Source: Takakia lepidozioides
Taxonomy: Eukaryota; Plantae; Bryophyta
Assembly: GCA_030704615.1 (NCBI GenBank)
Contig: CM060732.1
Coordinates: forward strand, 33,542,001 to 33,606,000
Length of the DNA stretch: 64,000 nucleotides
Direction: 5' to 3'
Part shown: piece after piece, positions 12,557 through 24,720 of the stretch
How the letters are laid out: each line of letters begins with the position of its first letter
How positions within the stretch are numbered: position 1 is the first letter of the stretch
The notes under the pieces: generated by a model
Database searches by the model: none
Seen by the model: the letters and a program-made list of their open reading frames with translations, nothing else
Told to the model about the DNA's origin: nothing
Translations under genes and position numbers: made by a program

Positions 12557-13899
12557 CTCTGGCTATGCGGCTTGCAGATTCCACTTCAACCAGCAGGAAA
12601 TTGAGACTGTCCAATTCGTACCAATGTTTGGGTCTGGTTATCCACTCATCCAAATTTTAGTTCGCCCAACTACATCTATGACATATTGACAAAAAGAAAG
12701 GTTGCCTCCATCCGCCTCCGGGCCAAATGCAATCAGATACATCTGCGCCAGGCCCCAACATACACAAATGGAAACTACTTAGTGGCATCAACAAGAGAGA
12801 ATGAAAGGAAGGGAGGCGGACGAAGTAGAACAACATGAGAGAAACATGAGTGGTTTGTATGAGGGAGAAGTTCTTATCGTCATCTTTGAGAATTGAGGGT
12901 TGTAGCTCTATTAAACTGCCTGACCGGAGCTGGTGCACTGACCACTACCCTTGTAAAAGCGGGGATATTATGCTGAAGAGTGAGAGCTAGAAGTGTCTGT
13001 GCTGTCACGATTGTCATAATAGCTGAAATGTAGGAGTTGCAACTTGAAGCATGAAGAAGTTTCATGAAAAGCTAAATCCATTTGATTGTGGCTGTGATGA
13101 ATCATGAATATCCCAAGAGAATAGGGGTTCAAGTTCATCACTTCATTCCAGGAGGTCGCTCCGGATGGACAGCGGACCCTGACATGAAGTGATGAACTCG
13201 GGCCCCCATTGCCCGCTTCTTAACTGAGACGGAGCCACAAATGGGAGGCCACTGAAGAGTAGCTGGCCTGGCATGATATCTCCGCATTGCAAAAGGCTCT
13301 CCGGCACGGCTGATGCAACACTGGAGTCTTTTTGCATACGAGCGTCTCATAAGATTCCTCAAAGTGATCGGGAAGAGAGAATGGAAAATGTATCCAACAC
13401 CTCAGCTATGTCGTGGGAACCCTTCTGACATGTTTCTTCTATCCCCATGGAGCCAGGAGGGAGCTGCAGATGGAAGGAAATGATAGCCAAGAGCAAAGCT
13501 CATTATGAGCTGAAGGAACTCAAACCTAAGCGAACGGCCCGGATTCTAACACATGAGAAGCTTTCATCTCACATCCGATTTGCATCAGGGATGCATAGGT
13601 GGAACTGAATTAATAACAAACTGCAGGGAGGAAGTACGGAAATCGGGAGAGCCATTCATGTGGTCGCTCATGTGTGCCAGGATTCAAAATGTGGAGTAGT
13701 GAGCGTCACTGATGGACTCCTGGAACTTGAGAGTCTGGAGATTCAGGAAAAGAAATGCTTATTTATATACAGGAAGTGCAGGCCAGTAGCTACCTCAAGG
13801 GCTACTACCCCTTTCTGCAAAAAACAAAAAGAAAAGAAAAAGGAAGGGGCATTGAAGTGCAAATTTGATTAAAAGGGCCTCCGTCCCCTTTCCTCTTAA

Positions 13900-14115
13900 A
13901 AACAAATGCCCAGGCGCGGATGGAGGGGATAATGGAGTGCCGGACATATGGATGCGATCCGTGCGACGGCCAGGTGGCAACCTGCGGGGTTTGGTTGCGA
14001 CAGCCGGGCGTCGCAAACAGGCTCCGCGGGGTTGGCGTTGCATGCTCGGTGCCGCGCGGGGCGTGGGGGCACGGCTAGCCTCGCCAAACCCCCCCCCCCC
14101 CAATTTGCTGTAGTG
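13900..14115. mobile_element. Orphan CACTA transposon terminus
   Basis: Ends ...CCCCCAATTTGCTGTAGTG, like the terminus at 61160-61192, with GCGAC/CGTCGC subterminal motifs. No partner end was found. Confidence 0.65.
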
Positions 14116-14399
14116 ATAAAAAAACTGGATGGATGCGCATACTTCGTTGAAGGGCTGAGATATCTGTGAAGGGGCAAGAATTGGGGCAAAAGGAAGAAGG
14201 AGAGCAAGGGAGGAAGGGAGGGAGAGAGAGGGAGGGAGGGAGGGCAGGCGAGGGCGGTGGGGTGCCTGCGTTCCATCGCGGCCCTGAGAAGATCCAAGCA
14301 GAGCGAGAAAGAGGGGGAGAAGGATTCGAACAAGAAGGGGAATTTGATGAGGAACAAGGGGATGGAGAATTTGGGAGGATCGCAAGATGACCCGGGGGA

Positions 14400-16684
14400 G
14401 AATTTGGTGTCGCAACATGAAACCCTAGGAGTGGAGGATGGGGAGTATGATGATGGGAGCGATGGATCACCTCACAGAAACAATAGGATGTATAAGATGA
14501 CAAATTGGACGCAGGAAGAGGTGATGGTGTTGTAGGATGCGAAGCGGGAGGACCAAGAGCGACAGATGAGAGGGGATGGGAAGGACAGACACCTGAGCTC
14601 GCTAGAGAGGTGGATGTACATTGAGGACCTTTGCTGGAACCAGGGTATTGAGAGGAGCGGTAGGCAATGCCAGGATAAGTGGGAGTCACTGGTAGCATAT
14701 TTCCACAAGATTAGCAAGTATGAGAAGAAGCTCAGCAATGGTCGCAAATCGTATTGGCAGATGTCGGTGATAGAGAGAAAGACAAGAAGATTTCCCCCTA
14801 ACTTTGGAAGGATGTGTATGATGCAGTTTCTCTGTGGTATGTGAGGAAGACGACGGTTGATCCCAGCGAACTTATTCTTGACACTTCAGCCCCCTTCAGA
14901 CATGAAATTGGTGATGATGACGATACGCAAGGTCTAGTTGATGAAGATGATGACGTCAAATTTAGGGAAGCCGATGACGGAGCTAGAGATGGCAGAGTCT
15001 ACAAGAAAAACAAATGGACAGCGGAGGAAGTGATGGTGTGGCAAGCTGCCAAGATGGAGGACAAAGAAAAGAGCAAAAAGGCTAGTGCCAAAGAGAAGCG
15101 CAAGTCAGCTCAAGAAAGATGGCTATGGATTGAGGACTATTGTTGGAGCCACGGGGCTGAGAAAAGCGCGCAACAGTGTCAGGACAAGTAGGAGTCACTA
15201 GCATCCGAGTTCAAGAAGGTGTGTACTTACGAAAGGATCAATCTTGGCGGGGTTAAATCGTACTGGCAACAATCCCACGAGGAGAGAAAGAACAATAGAT
15301 TATTGCCTGCCAATTTCCATAAGGAGGTCTTCCACGCCATGTCCGCCTGGTATGGCCAGAATAAAACTCTTGACCCTGGGGAGCTTGCTGTGGACACGTA
15401 TGCAACTCCACAGCCTGCAGGTCACCGCCACTCTTTGAATTCATCCTCTTCCTTCACCATGCTGTAACTTCCTCTTTGTGTTGTGGTGAAATGCAAGGCT
15501 TCTGTATACCTAATTTACAGGCGAGAAAGTCTTAAAACAACTCCCAGTAGGACGTGAGAGATATTGTGGGAGATGATCTGAGTGAATGGGTCCCCCTTAC
15601 AACAACTGTTGGTAGAGTGTTCCAGCCCTTTGTTGTCCTTGAGCAAATGCACTATAACATATGTCTAGAGCGCCACAACCTGTACACGGCCAATGGGAAC
15701 CAGATGGTTATGTTGAAGAAGGCCGGTCGTGGTCACACTGTGACTCAGTGAGTTCATACCAAGATTTATATGTTACTGTGGGTGTAAGTGTAGAATGGTG
15801 GTAATCCCTCTTCTGATCTTTCTGTTATGCCTAAAGGCAACCAGTATTCTAGTTAGGGAAGAAGGGAACTTCAAATTGGCCACATGAATGCTAAACAGGT
15901 GACAGAGAAGAAAGGTTGACAAACAAGGAAACAAGTGAACCCCTGCCTGCCCTTGTCACCCCAAGAGAGGAGACTCCTTGATTGGATTATAAGCTTCCAA
16001 AGAGTGTCGTACTGAGCCCTTTCTTCCCATGGGTGGGATTCTGCCTGGGAGGGCCGCAATGTACTTGCACATAACCATAACTAGGGGGCACTTACAGACC
16101 TTTTTTGCAGATTTTATCACTAAGATCTGGAAATTGAAAGGAAAACTCTGCTTCCTGTCTCACATTCTATCTTATCTACAACCTATTTTACAACCTTGAC
16201 CATTTGAGGGTGTACTATGACATTACATTGTACTGAACTTCAGTAAATTTTGGCCTTTGCAGGGATAAACACCAACACAGTAGGCAACAATGCCAAGTAT
16301 TCAGAGACCGGTGAGGGGGCCGACGAGCAGATGGATTGCCCAAGCACAGGCAGGAAACAGAAGTGTTCAATATTGGTAGCTATGTCAAGGACAACCAATG
16401 GGCTAGCATCTATCCTAGAACACAACAATCAAAAGGTTGTAGATGCAATGATGAGATCCGAGGACAAGAAAGACAAGCGGCACAAGGAAGACTTGGATAT
16501 GGAAAAAACAAAGCTGAATTTTGAGGAGGAGAAGCTTGTAGGCACAATGCAACTAGGCAATGGCTATATTGGAGCTTTTAACAGTATAAGCAATGGACTT
16601 AAACAACTTAGTTCAATGTTGGCTGTGAGAAGGCAAGCAACAGGACTGACGACAGTGTGTATGCAGCAGACAGTGGAAGCTTAG
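14400..16684 (+). pseudogene. Double trihelix (Myb/SANT-like) DNA-binding protein with C-terminal coiled-coil, disrupted
   Basis: Two repeats of WTxEEVMV...ERW..IED.CW..G..RS..QCQDKWESL...SYW...P.NF. Stops at 14533-35 and 15189-91, frameshift at ~14800. A GT-AG intron 15421-16262 joins the last exon in frame. Confidence 0.85.
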
Positions 16685-17672
16685 AGAAGTCAGAAGCAGT
16701 GAATCTCATGGCATCCTCTTCCAATTTTGGTGTAGTGAACTGGCTGTTGTAAGCAGAGGGTGAGCTCTGTTCGAAAAGTCCAATCAGGTTGTTGTTTCTT
16801 CTGAAGGAAACATGATCACAGAGTGGGGATTTCCAGTTAAGGATTGATACTATATTTTAGTTCTACATCACAACACTGAGATATTTAACAATTCGCACTC
16901 ATTTGTAGCCACAATCCAAGACATATGTGATGCATCTATGCTTTGCTTTTGTAAACTAATTACTCGCCCATTCTCATCTATTTGCGGAAACTGCTTGATT
17001 GTTGTCCACTGATTTCTTGCTGTAAAGTGTGCATCACCTTTTTGTGTGACCAGGATGGACCCTTCCTGCAAGGGGTGAGGTCTGGCCTATTATTAGCGGA
17101 GCCGTGGGAGGGAGCGATTAGTCACTCATGTCATTTGTGCTGATAGACCAAGCTTCAGTTTCAAGGAAGTGGAAAGAAGGGGAGAAGTGACTAGTGGGGG
17201 TTTTCTTGGAAGAATGGTGTGGAACAGATGAGCGAAGTGTTGCACTGGATTAAAGAACCAAGACAAGAGGAGAAAGGGCATCCCCACAGTGAGACCCTTT
17301 ACCTTTGCACACTATTAAGGTAATTTTAGATCATGTTCTTTATTCAGCTTTGCACATTCGTTCAGTAACCAGTAGCAATAATGGATCATGCTGGCAGAGA
17401 TGAATCAAATTTACATCTACATTGATTAGATTCCCAATTGTAGTTAATCTCTTGAGCACTATCCAATAAGCATATCTTTATGAGAGAACAACCATATGAC
17501 CAGCATGGAGACACCTTGGACAAGACTCCCAACAAAATTTGTATGAGAATATGGCATAGAAATTTCCTTGTCACAAAAAATATTATATGCTAGATTTGGA
17601 ATAATCCTTGAACAAAAATGAAATTGACACAACCTTGAGCGGGTTAATTTTCAGCTCACACGTAGAAAGGGT

Positions 17673-18141
17673 TGTGAAGCCTTAAAACAAGCTTGAAGCA
17701 TATACTCGTTTCCTCTCAAGAAGCAAGGTTTCATAACAAAGGGGCGAGCGGAAAGAGCAAGCAAAGCGCGAGAGGAGGATCAAACACACGGATCTGACAC
17801 AAAGCAGCTCTCATCCAAGCCTTGTACACCAAAATTACATATACACTAACACCCGAGTACACCGCCCTGACCTTGTGTCAGGATGCTGTCTTTATACAAA
17901 AGCCTTAGCTTTAGTGGTCCGCCGTGTGGGAGGCGTCACAAGCCAAAGCCCACGGCGCCGCCTTGTAGCCCTAGATCTGATGAAGGGTCAGGATGTCGCC
18001 ACCAGCCCAAAACTAACCCTAATCTAGGTATCATTGTAACGGTTTAACGGCTTTATACGCCAAAATTTTATACTACGGATGTGTATCGCCGTTTTGGATT
18101 AAACGAGCCATTTCTAGGCTAAGCAAATATGGGGCTTTACA
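17673..18141 (-). repeat. 3' LTR of Ty3/gypsy element
   Basis: TG...CA ends with short inverted termini (TGTAAAGCC / GGCTTCACA on the minus strand). Purine tract adjacent at ~18151-18160; homologous to 48167-48494. Confidence 0.8.
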
Positions 18142-18149
18142 TCTGTGAA

Positions 18150-21066
18150 GCCTACCCCCTACGAAAAATCCTCAGCTCTGCAAAGGAGAACAAACAATAG
18201 GAAAATATCACCCTCCACTGCTGGGTGAAAAACCTACCAAAGGAAAACTTGGCACCTGCAAGTTGGGCCGAGGACAAAACCCTTGGCTAGGAAAACCGTG
18301 CAAAGGAGTACAGATGGTGATATACCATGAAAAATGTTGCTAAGTCCTAGAGAGGTCAAGTCCTAAGATCCCAATAGTCACCATCCGCAAATTCAGACTA
18401 AGCCGTTGAGAAAAGAAGAGGATCAAGCTAAAGTAGATCGGCGAGGAAGATCAAGACATCACCCCACCGTGCGCCCCTCCACATTGAAAGATGTGAGATA
18501 AAAAACTAGTTTGGAATGCAGCAAGTTGGTCAAGGAAACAGGTTTATCCCGCACTTCAGTATTAGAGCCTTATGGAAGAAGGAGAGCACGTCGCCCACGT
18601 AGAATTTGATAGATCAAGTATGGACCGTCGATTTTCAGCTTAGATTTGCATGCATGCTTGCCATGCTGTAATCAAACGCACACAGTCTGTCCCACCTGAA
18701 ACATGTTAGAATACTTGACACGCTTGTTGAAATTATAGGCCTGTGTAAGCTGAGCCTTACCAATGCATGAAGATCCTCAACAAAGGTCTCAAGATCAACC
18801 GGATTAGCAACAGTAGAGATAAGAGGGGTAGAATGCAAAGGAGAAACACACTTGCGACCATACAACAACTCAAAAAGAGTCTTCTTGGTACTAGCATGCA
18901 CAGCGGTGTGATAAGCAAAGAGAATAGGGGGAAGAAAGGTATCCCACTCCCTGGTCAGTACGCCATTCTTCTCCAACATTTGGCAAAGAGTTTGGTTGAA
19001 GCGTTTCGTGAGGTCATTGGTCTGGGGATGGTATGGGGCGGTGGTGGAATGCATAACACCAAAGTTGAAGCAAATCACCGTGAGGAGCTAGTTACAAAAT
19101 TCCTTGCCCTGATCTGTTAGTATCTCCCGAGGATGCCCATCTCGCATAAGGATCTCATTGAAGAAAAACTGAGCTACAACATCACTAGCCTTGGAACGCA
19201 GAAGCCGGACTTCTACCCACTAAGTTAAGTAGTCGGTAGCAACACAAATGTAGCTTTGACCCTTTGATGTAAGTGCAAGGGGTCCTACTAGTCGATGCCA
19301 ACACGAGCAAAAACATGGGTGACTGGCAAAGGCTGCAGCTCAAATAAGATCCGAGCCCTAGGGAGAGCAATGTTAGCACAACAACCTCACAGTTAGAGAT
19401 GAACTAGGTGACGTCTCGGTGAATTCCCAGCCAATATTATACCTCTTGGATGTGGGCCACAGTTTTCTTGACACCAAGGTGACCTATATACAAAGAACAA
19501 TGGAAACGCTCCAGTAAAGCATTCAACTGGCTCCCTGGTGACCTCCAAGTAGCATGGCACTCCCCCTCTAGTGAGCTCCTTGAAAAGTTTATCATCCATG
19601 AAACGGTGAGTAGACACATGATACATAATTTGTTTATGCAAGGACTCGGAAAGGCCAGCTGACAAACGCCCTTATTGGCATCGCTAGAGTAGCACAACAT
19701 GTAGCTGATAATCCATGACTGCACTGCACATAAGAAGTAGACAATGGGTTTTATATAAGGTGGTCTGGAGTGCCTGCACCTATGATCTCCCGCCAGGGAT
19801 ACCTTCACCTCATTTGTTACTACTCATGGACAGCCAAATCAGGCCTTTAGGCTCAAGCCAATAGTCACACCGGAGTGCATAGCTGAATCACAACAAACTT
19901 GGGGGCCTAGGAAAGAGAAGAGCTGAAACACAACAAGGAACTTCCACCAAACTATCCGAATTTTCAGGAAGCGATAGATCTACCACACATACTAATGCAC
20001 AAATAAATCAACCAAGATCATCAAGAAGGCTAGACCAGCCCTAAGCAGCCAATATGCCATGTGAATCCAAGGCCAAGGGGTACTGATCAGCACAAAGAAG
20101 GTTGAGCAGAGGGATAGGATCAAGAGGAGGGGTTGCATCAGCAGCAGCAAGGTCATCCAAGGTAAACATAGGTCTGCTAACAGGAGGATCAACCCGTGTG
20201 AGTGCATCAGCATTTGTGTTCTCCTTGCCCTTCTTGTAGACTATATCCATGTCAAATTTTTGCAGGTATATAGCCCATCTAACAAGTCTGCCATGAAGTT
20301 CCATTGGCTTAACCGCCTTAAGTGGAAGATGATCAGTCTCCACCACAAACTAGACACCATGCAAATATTGCCTGAAATGCTTCACACCAAATACTAAGGC
20401 CAAACCCTCATTGTCGGATATGGAATAGTCCCTTTCATGACGATCAAGACGGCGAGATGCATAAGCTATTACATGCTCTTTGCCTTCTACAACATGACAT
20501 AAGATTGCAGAGATGGCAACATTTGATGCATCAGTCTGAAGCAAGAAAGACAATTCAAAGTTGGGAAACATCAGGATATGAGCTGAACACAAATCCTTGC
20601 GAAGGGTGTCAAAAGCAGCCTGTTGGGAGAATGTCCATTCAAACCTGGCATCTTTGCACAACACCTTGGTTAGGGGATAGGCAAGCTTGGCAAAGTTCTT
20701 AATGAAGCGTCTATAATAAGAAGCCAGACCCAGGAAGGATTTGATACAATGTTTATCCTTGGGAATAGGAAAGCCCCAATCAGACTCAAGCTTTGCAAGA
20801 TCAGGAAGCAAACAATCCGTGGATAGGATATGACCAAGAAAGTGTAGCTCAGGCATGAATAGTTCACACTTCTTTGGCTTCACTTTGAGGCCTGCAGTAC
20901 GCAATTTGTTGAACACACGCTGCAGATCAGTCAAGTGGGCATCAAAACTGGTTGAATACACATTGATATTATCTACATAAATTAAGGCACATTCCCAACG
21001 AAGATTTCCCAAGATAATGTTCATGAGGCGTTGGAAGGTGGAGGTGGCATTACATAAACCAAAGGG
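18150..21066 (-). mobile_element. Ty3/gypsy pol remnant (RT-RNaseH-integrase), cut within RT by an insertion
   Basis: PFGLCNATSTFQRLM, IYVDNI, FLGLASYYRRFI, LQTDAS, ETDHLPL, GHLGVKKT, TTAPYHPQT; multiple stops and frameshifts. Confidence 0.9.
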
Positions 21067-21079
21067 AGGTTTACTATTT

Positions 21080-21126
21080 CATGAGCCCATGAGCCCATGA
21101 GCCCATGAGCCTATGAGCTCATGAGC
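21080..21126. repeat. 8-bp tandem repeat (CATGAGCC)x~6 at the left end of the insertion
   Basis: Directly visible, about 14 bp from the gypsy RT breakpoint. Confidence 0.85.
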
Positions 21127-22459
21127 GGGCATCCACGGAATTGGAATTTTCGTGCCTTTATTGACGGTGTTATGTCCTCTTACCTCGATAATAGGGTCTG
21201 TTTCTCCTGGTCCAGGATGCGGAATGAGGTATTTCGGCGCCGTTATTCCACGTCACCACTGTAAAACATTGTGCAGGACGGGAAAGAGACACAAAATTGT
21301 AGCCCTCACAAGCCATTGTGCTGACAAGGTAATATATTTAGGGTCAGACGACAGTTGAACTTGCAAACCCCATTCAACTCAACATCAAGCCCACATTGAC
21401 ATGACGCTCGAAATAAAAACATCAGGCAACCACAAGTTTTTATTTTGTACAACGACTACTCCGAGCTTCCATCATCAGAAATACCACTACGGCATAAGAA
21501 ACATGTGGAACCATATCCCGGAGCCTGTGCCCTCCAATCACCCTCCACAATGATCCTTACCACGCTATGCTGCTGCGTTGACATCCACAACACGAACCAC
21601 CGAGTCGTCGAACCACATGTCCAGAATTAGGAGTGGTGCGGTAGTCGTCCACTGCACATTGCCATTTTCTAGATTAAGATGGCGAACATAAAGATACAAG
21701 ATATCTATAGAGGTCACGTTCGTGAAAACATGCAGTTATTGGAGACCTCCTATTGGGACCTCCTCCACAACGTTGTGAAATTCGCAAACATCTAGGAAAA
21801 ACCTGTTCCGATTCTCCCTTAATGTCAACAATATATTCCCTGGCCCAGAAGAGTGAGTGAGCAACTCAAGAGCCCTATCCGGGAGCAAATATTGTGGAGG
21901 TGCAGTATAGTTATGGTAGTAAGACCTCCAGAACTCGCCGCAGCAACATCTCATGATGAAGAGACGAACACTTCGTCTTCCAGGTTTATCTCACACAACA
22001 AGTATCCACTATTGTCCATTGGCAGGCCTCACCCAAAGAGAATCCCACAGAAGTGCTCGGAAACTCGTCACCCTACGTGTACCTTCACTGAAGTCCAACT
22101 CCACCATAATGTCTCCCATCACCGGCTCACGCAATCGCGATCCTCGAATCCCGCTCCGTCGAATGCAGAAGGCATTTACACAGGACGACATTGAGGAAGT
22201 GTGCGCCCACCGGGAATGGAGAGGGACAAGTAATCACTGTTGTTTTTCAACACGCAGATGCAAACATTGAAAACCCAATGCGGAACACCTTCTCACGTGA
22301 TCTTATCTGGGGCAACGGCAATACGTGCCCCTATTGGCCGGCAACGGCTACCCACACAAGCGATCGAAAATGACCGGGGCTAGAAGGGGCTTGATAGAGA
22401 AGGTGCCATGACATTACGGGAAGAAATTGTGCTAAAACCACCGGCGTCCTAAAACCACA

Positions 22460-22760
22460 TACCTTGGTATTTCGGCGCCAAAATTCCCAAGAGCAGTGTG
22501 CTAAAGTGGTGTTTTGAAGACATCCACTGGGGTATTTCGGCGCCGAAATTTCCTTTTGAAATGTGATATAGTGGCGTATTTTATGGCGCAGAGCGGGCTA
22601 TTTCGGCGCCGAAATACCCAAGTGGAATGTGCTGAAGTGCCTTGTGCTGAAGGCTTCCATCGTGATATTTTGGTGCAGTAATTCCTTCGTGGAATTTTAT
22701 GAGGCCCATATTATGAAGGCGCACACTGGGCTATTTCGGCGCCGAAATTCCCAATCGGAA
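22460..22760. repeat. Array of palindromic ATTTCGGCGCCGAAAT motifs spaced ~63-68 bp
   Basis: Copies at ~22469, 22533, 22599, 22667 (degenerate) and 22733; single copies at 21231 and 24243. Confidence 0.85.
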
Positions 22761-23117
22761 TGTTAGAAACGGCAGGGTTTTCATGGCTTCAAGTTCGCGG
22801 TTCGCTGGTGTGCATAAATTACTTGTAGGGTTCTTTACTTAAGTTTGTGTCTCTTCTGCTTTTATTATTACATTGTGGTTGGCGGAAGAAATGTAGGGAA
22901 TCGGACATGCAGTCTGAACACAATGATTTCAGAAATCGTCAATATTTTCATTAAGTGTTTCAGAACTGTACAACAAAAGGATCCAAATGAGACTTTGCTA
23001 TGGTGAGGATCTGCGATCATTGTCCGATGCATCCCCGGCCTCATGCAAGGATGGCTGCCTTCCACCTGCCTCCGAACCTGCACTGTCGCTACCGCTGTTA
23101 CTCTGATAAGCCCTCCC

Positions 23118-24600
23118 CTAAAAAATACCATCCTCACCAGCTGGAACTGTCCACCTGGGTGCGGAACTGTCCTCATCATCCCCCTCGCTCTCAGACGCGG
23201 ATTCTATGACGAACTTGCCTACTCTGCCTTTCACAATTCTATGTTTGGCCTCACGCCTCATTATAATTCTCTGCTCATTCCCGAATATCAATTGCTCAAA
23301 CCGAGTAGGCCTATCCTCCCTCCTGATGGCTTCTCTGACAGCCGTGTCTGCATAGGCTGGTAGAAAAAAGGGCTTCTGGGGACTCGCGAGAAACGATTTT
23401 CTGGCAAAGAATGGCCGATGCGATTTTGTCTCCTCCTCTGCAACAGGGTCCGATTCGAGCAAGTCTCCCAGCATTTCCTCGTCGGACGACTCTGCAAGGC
23501 TGAGTGTACGCACAAACACAAAATGAAGCACATTAGAGCATTCAAACAGGGAATCATCGGCAGGTTGCATGGTCCCTACAACCGAAACCAATACACTTAC
23601 TATGGTGCAACTCACTCGAAGATAGACATTGCAGGAAGCGGCTTTGGGCGCCCCTGCATTGTACGAATTTCCTGGACTTCCTCCTCCCCTTCCACGTCCT
23701 CTTCTGCGTTTTTGGGATCCTCAGTCGGAGGCAGACGCTGTAGGCCCGCCAAATTGAAATCGTACAAAACTGTATCCCCCTCAAATGAGAACACAAATCG
23801 GTTGGACATCCTTAATTCATACGGCACAACCACAGCCAAAGTCAAGAATGACTCGCTTCCTCGCGCAAGCAAACATACACAATCGGAAACGGTGTCAATT
23901 TCGGTGCCGCAATCACTTAACGTTCTCACCTGTATTAGCAGTGACGTCAAGGACCCTGCCTTCAACATCCGTACATGTTTCCATGAGCGTCTGGATGAAT
24001 GCAAGACTCCTGGTCTTGTCATACCTCCAAGGCTTGCCCGACAAATCACAAAGCATGTCCTTCTCTCTGACATGGTTGAACATGACGTTATACTCCAGTG
24101 GATCAACTGTGGAATCAATAAGTCTGCCTGCTTGATGTAATTTGAATTTCAAATGTTCCTTCACAAAGCAGAATGCCTGAAAGATAAGAGTCTACAAAGA
24201 AGGAAATGAGAACGTGAGAGGTGGCCTACACGTACATGGGCAATTTCGGCGCAAAAATTAGCAGAACAGAGGAGAACCGCAACATACCTTCTGACCATCG
24301 TTGAGAAGACCCTGCGTGTTGATGCAAGTCAGATCTTTTTTCAGGATGGGTGCTGCACTTCTCCCGTCCATACTTTGATAAGGACCCTCCACTTCCTTCC
24401 ACACTCGCCAACCAATGGTTTCTCCAAGTGCCCAGAATCCAAATTCCCATCCTCGTCATACACCTCTTTTTGAACAAGCAGAGAACCCAATTCCAGAGGG
24501 AACACTGTAACCAGCTCATCCTCATGAACAACTGCAAACCCATTGTCATCTACAGTGGCAGTCAGTGGAAGACTACCTGCATTGGAATGAAATCGAGCGA
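23118..24600 (-). pseudogene. Beta-class DNA amino-methyltransferase-like gene, paralogue B (degraded)
   Basis: Exon 24176-23930 encodes GKPWRYDKTRSLAFIQTLMETCTDVEGRVLDVTANTG (motifs X/I). The next exon has NRFVFSFEGD (motif II); last exon 23499-23118. Upstream VDDNGFAVV resembles LDDDDCVVV of paralogue A. Confidence 0.6.
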
Positions 24601-24720
24601 GTCTATCTTGCTCCCTGGACATGTTTTCGTACACTGACAGAAAGTTGCGATTCACAGAGGAATCCCCGAACTGATAGCCCGTAATTCTCGAAAGGGGATC
24701 CACCCCAAACAAACTGAGGT

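Noticed and set aside
22460-22760. CRISPR-like look of palindromic repeats with variable spacers (also 1-260)
   Set aside because: Eukaryotic context, no cas genes, short repeat core and mutually related spacers; better explained as transposon subterminal repeats.
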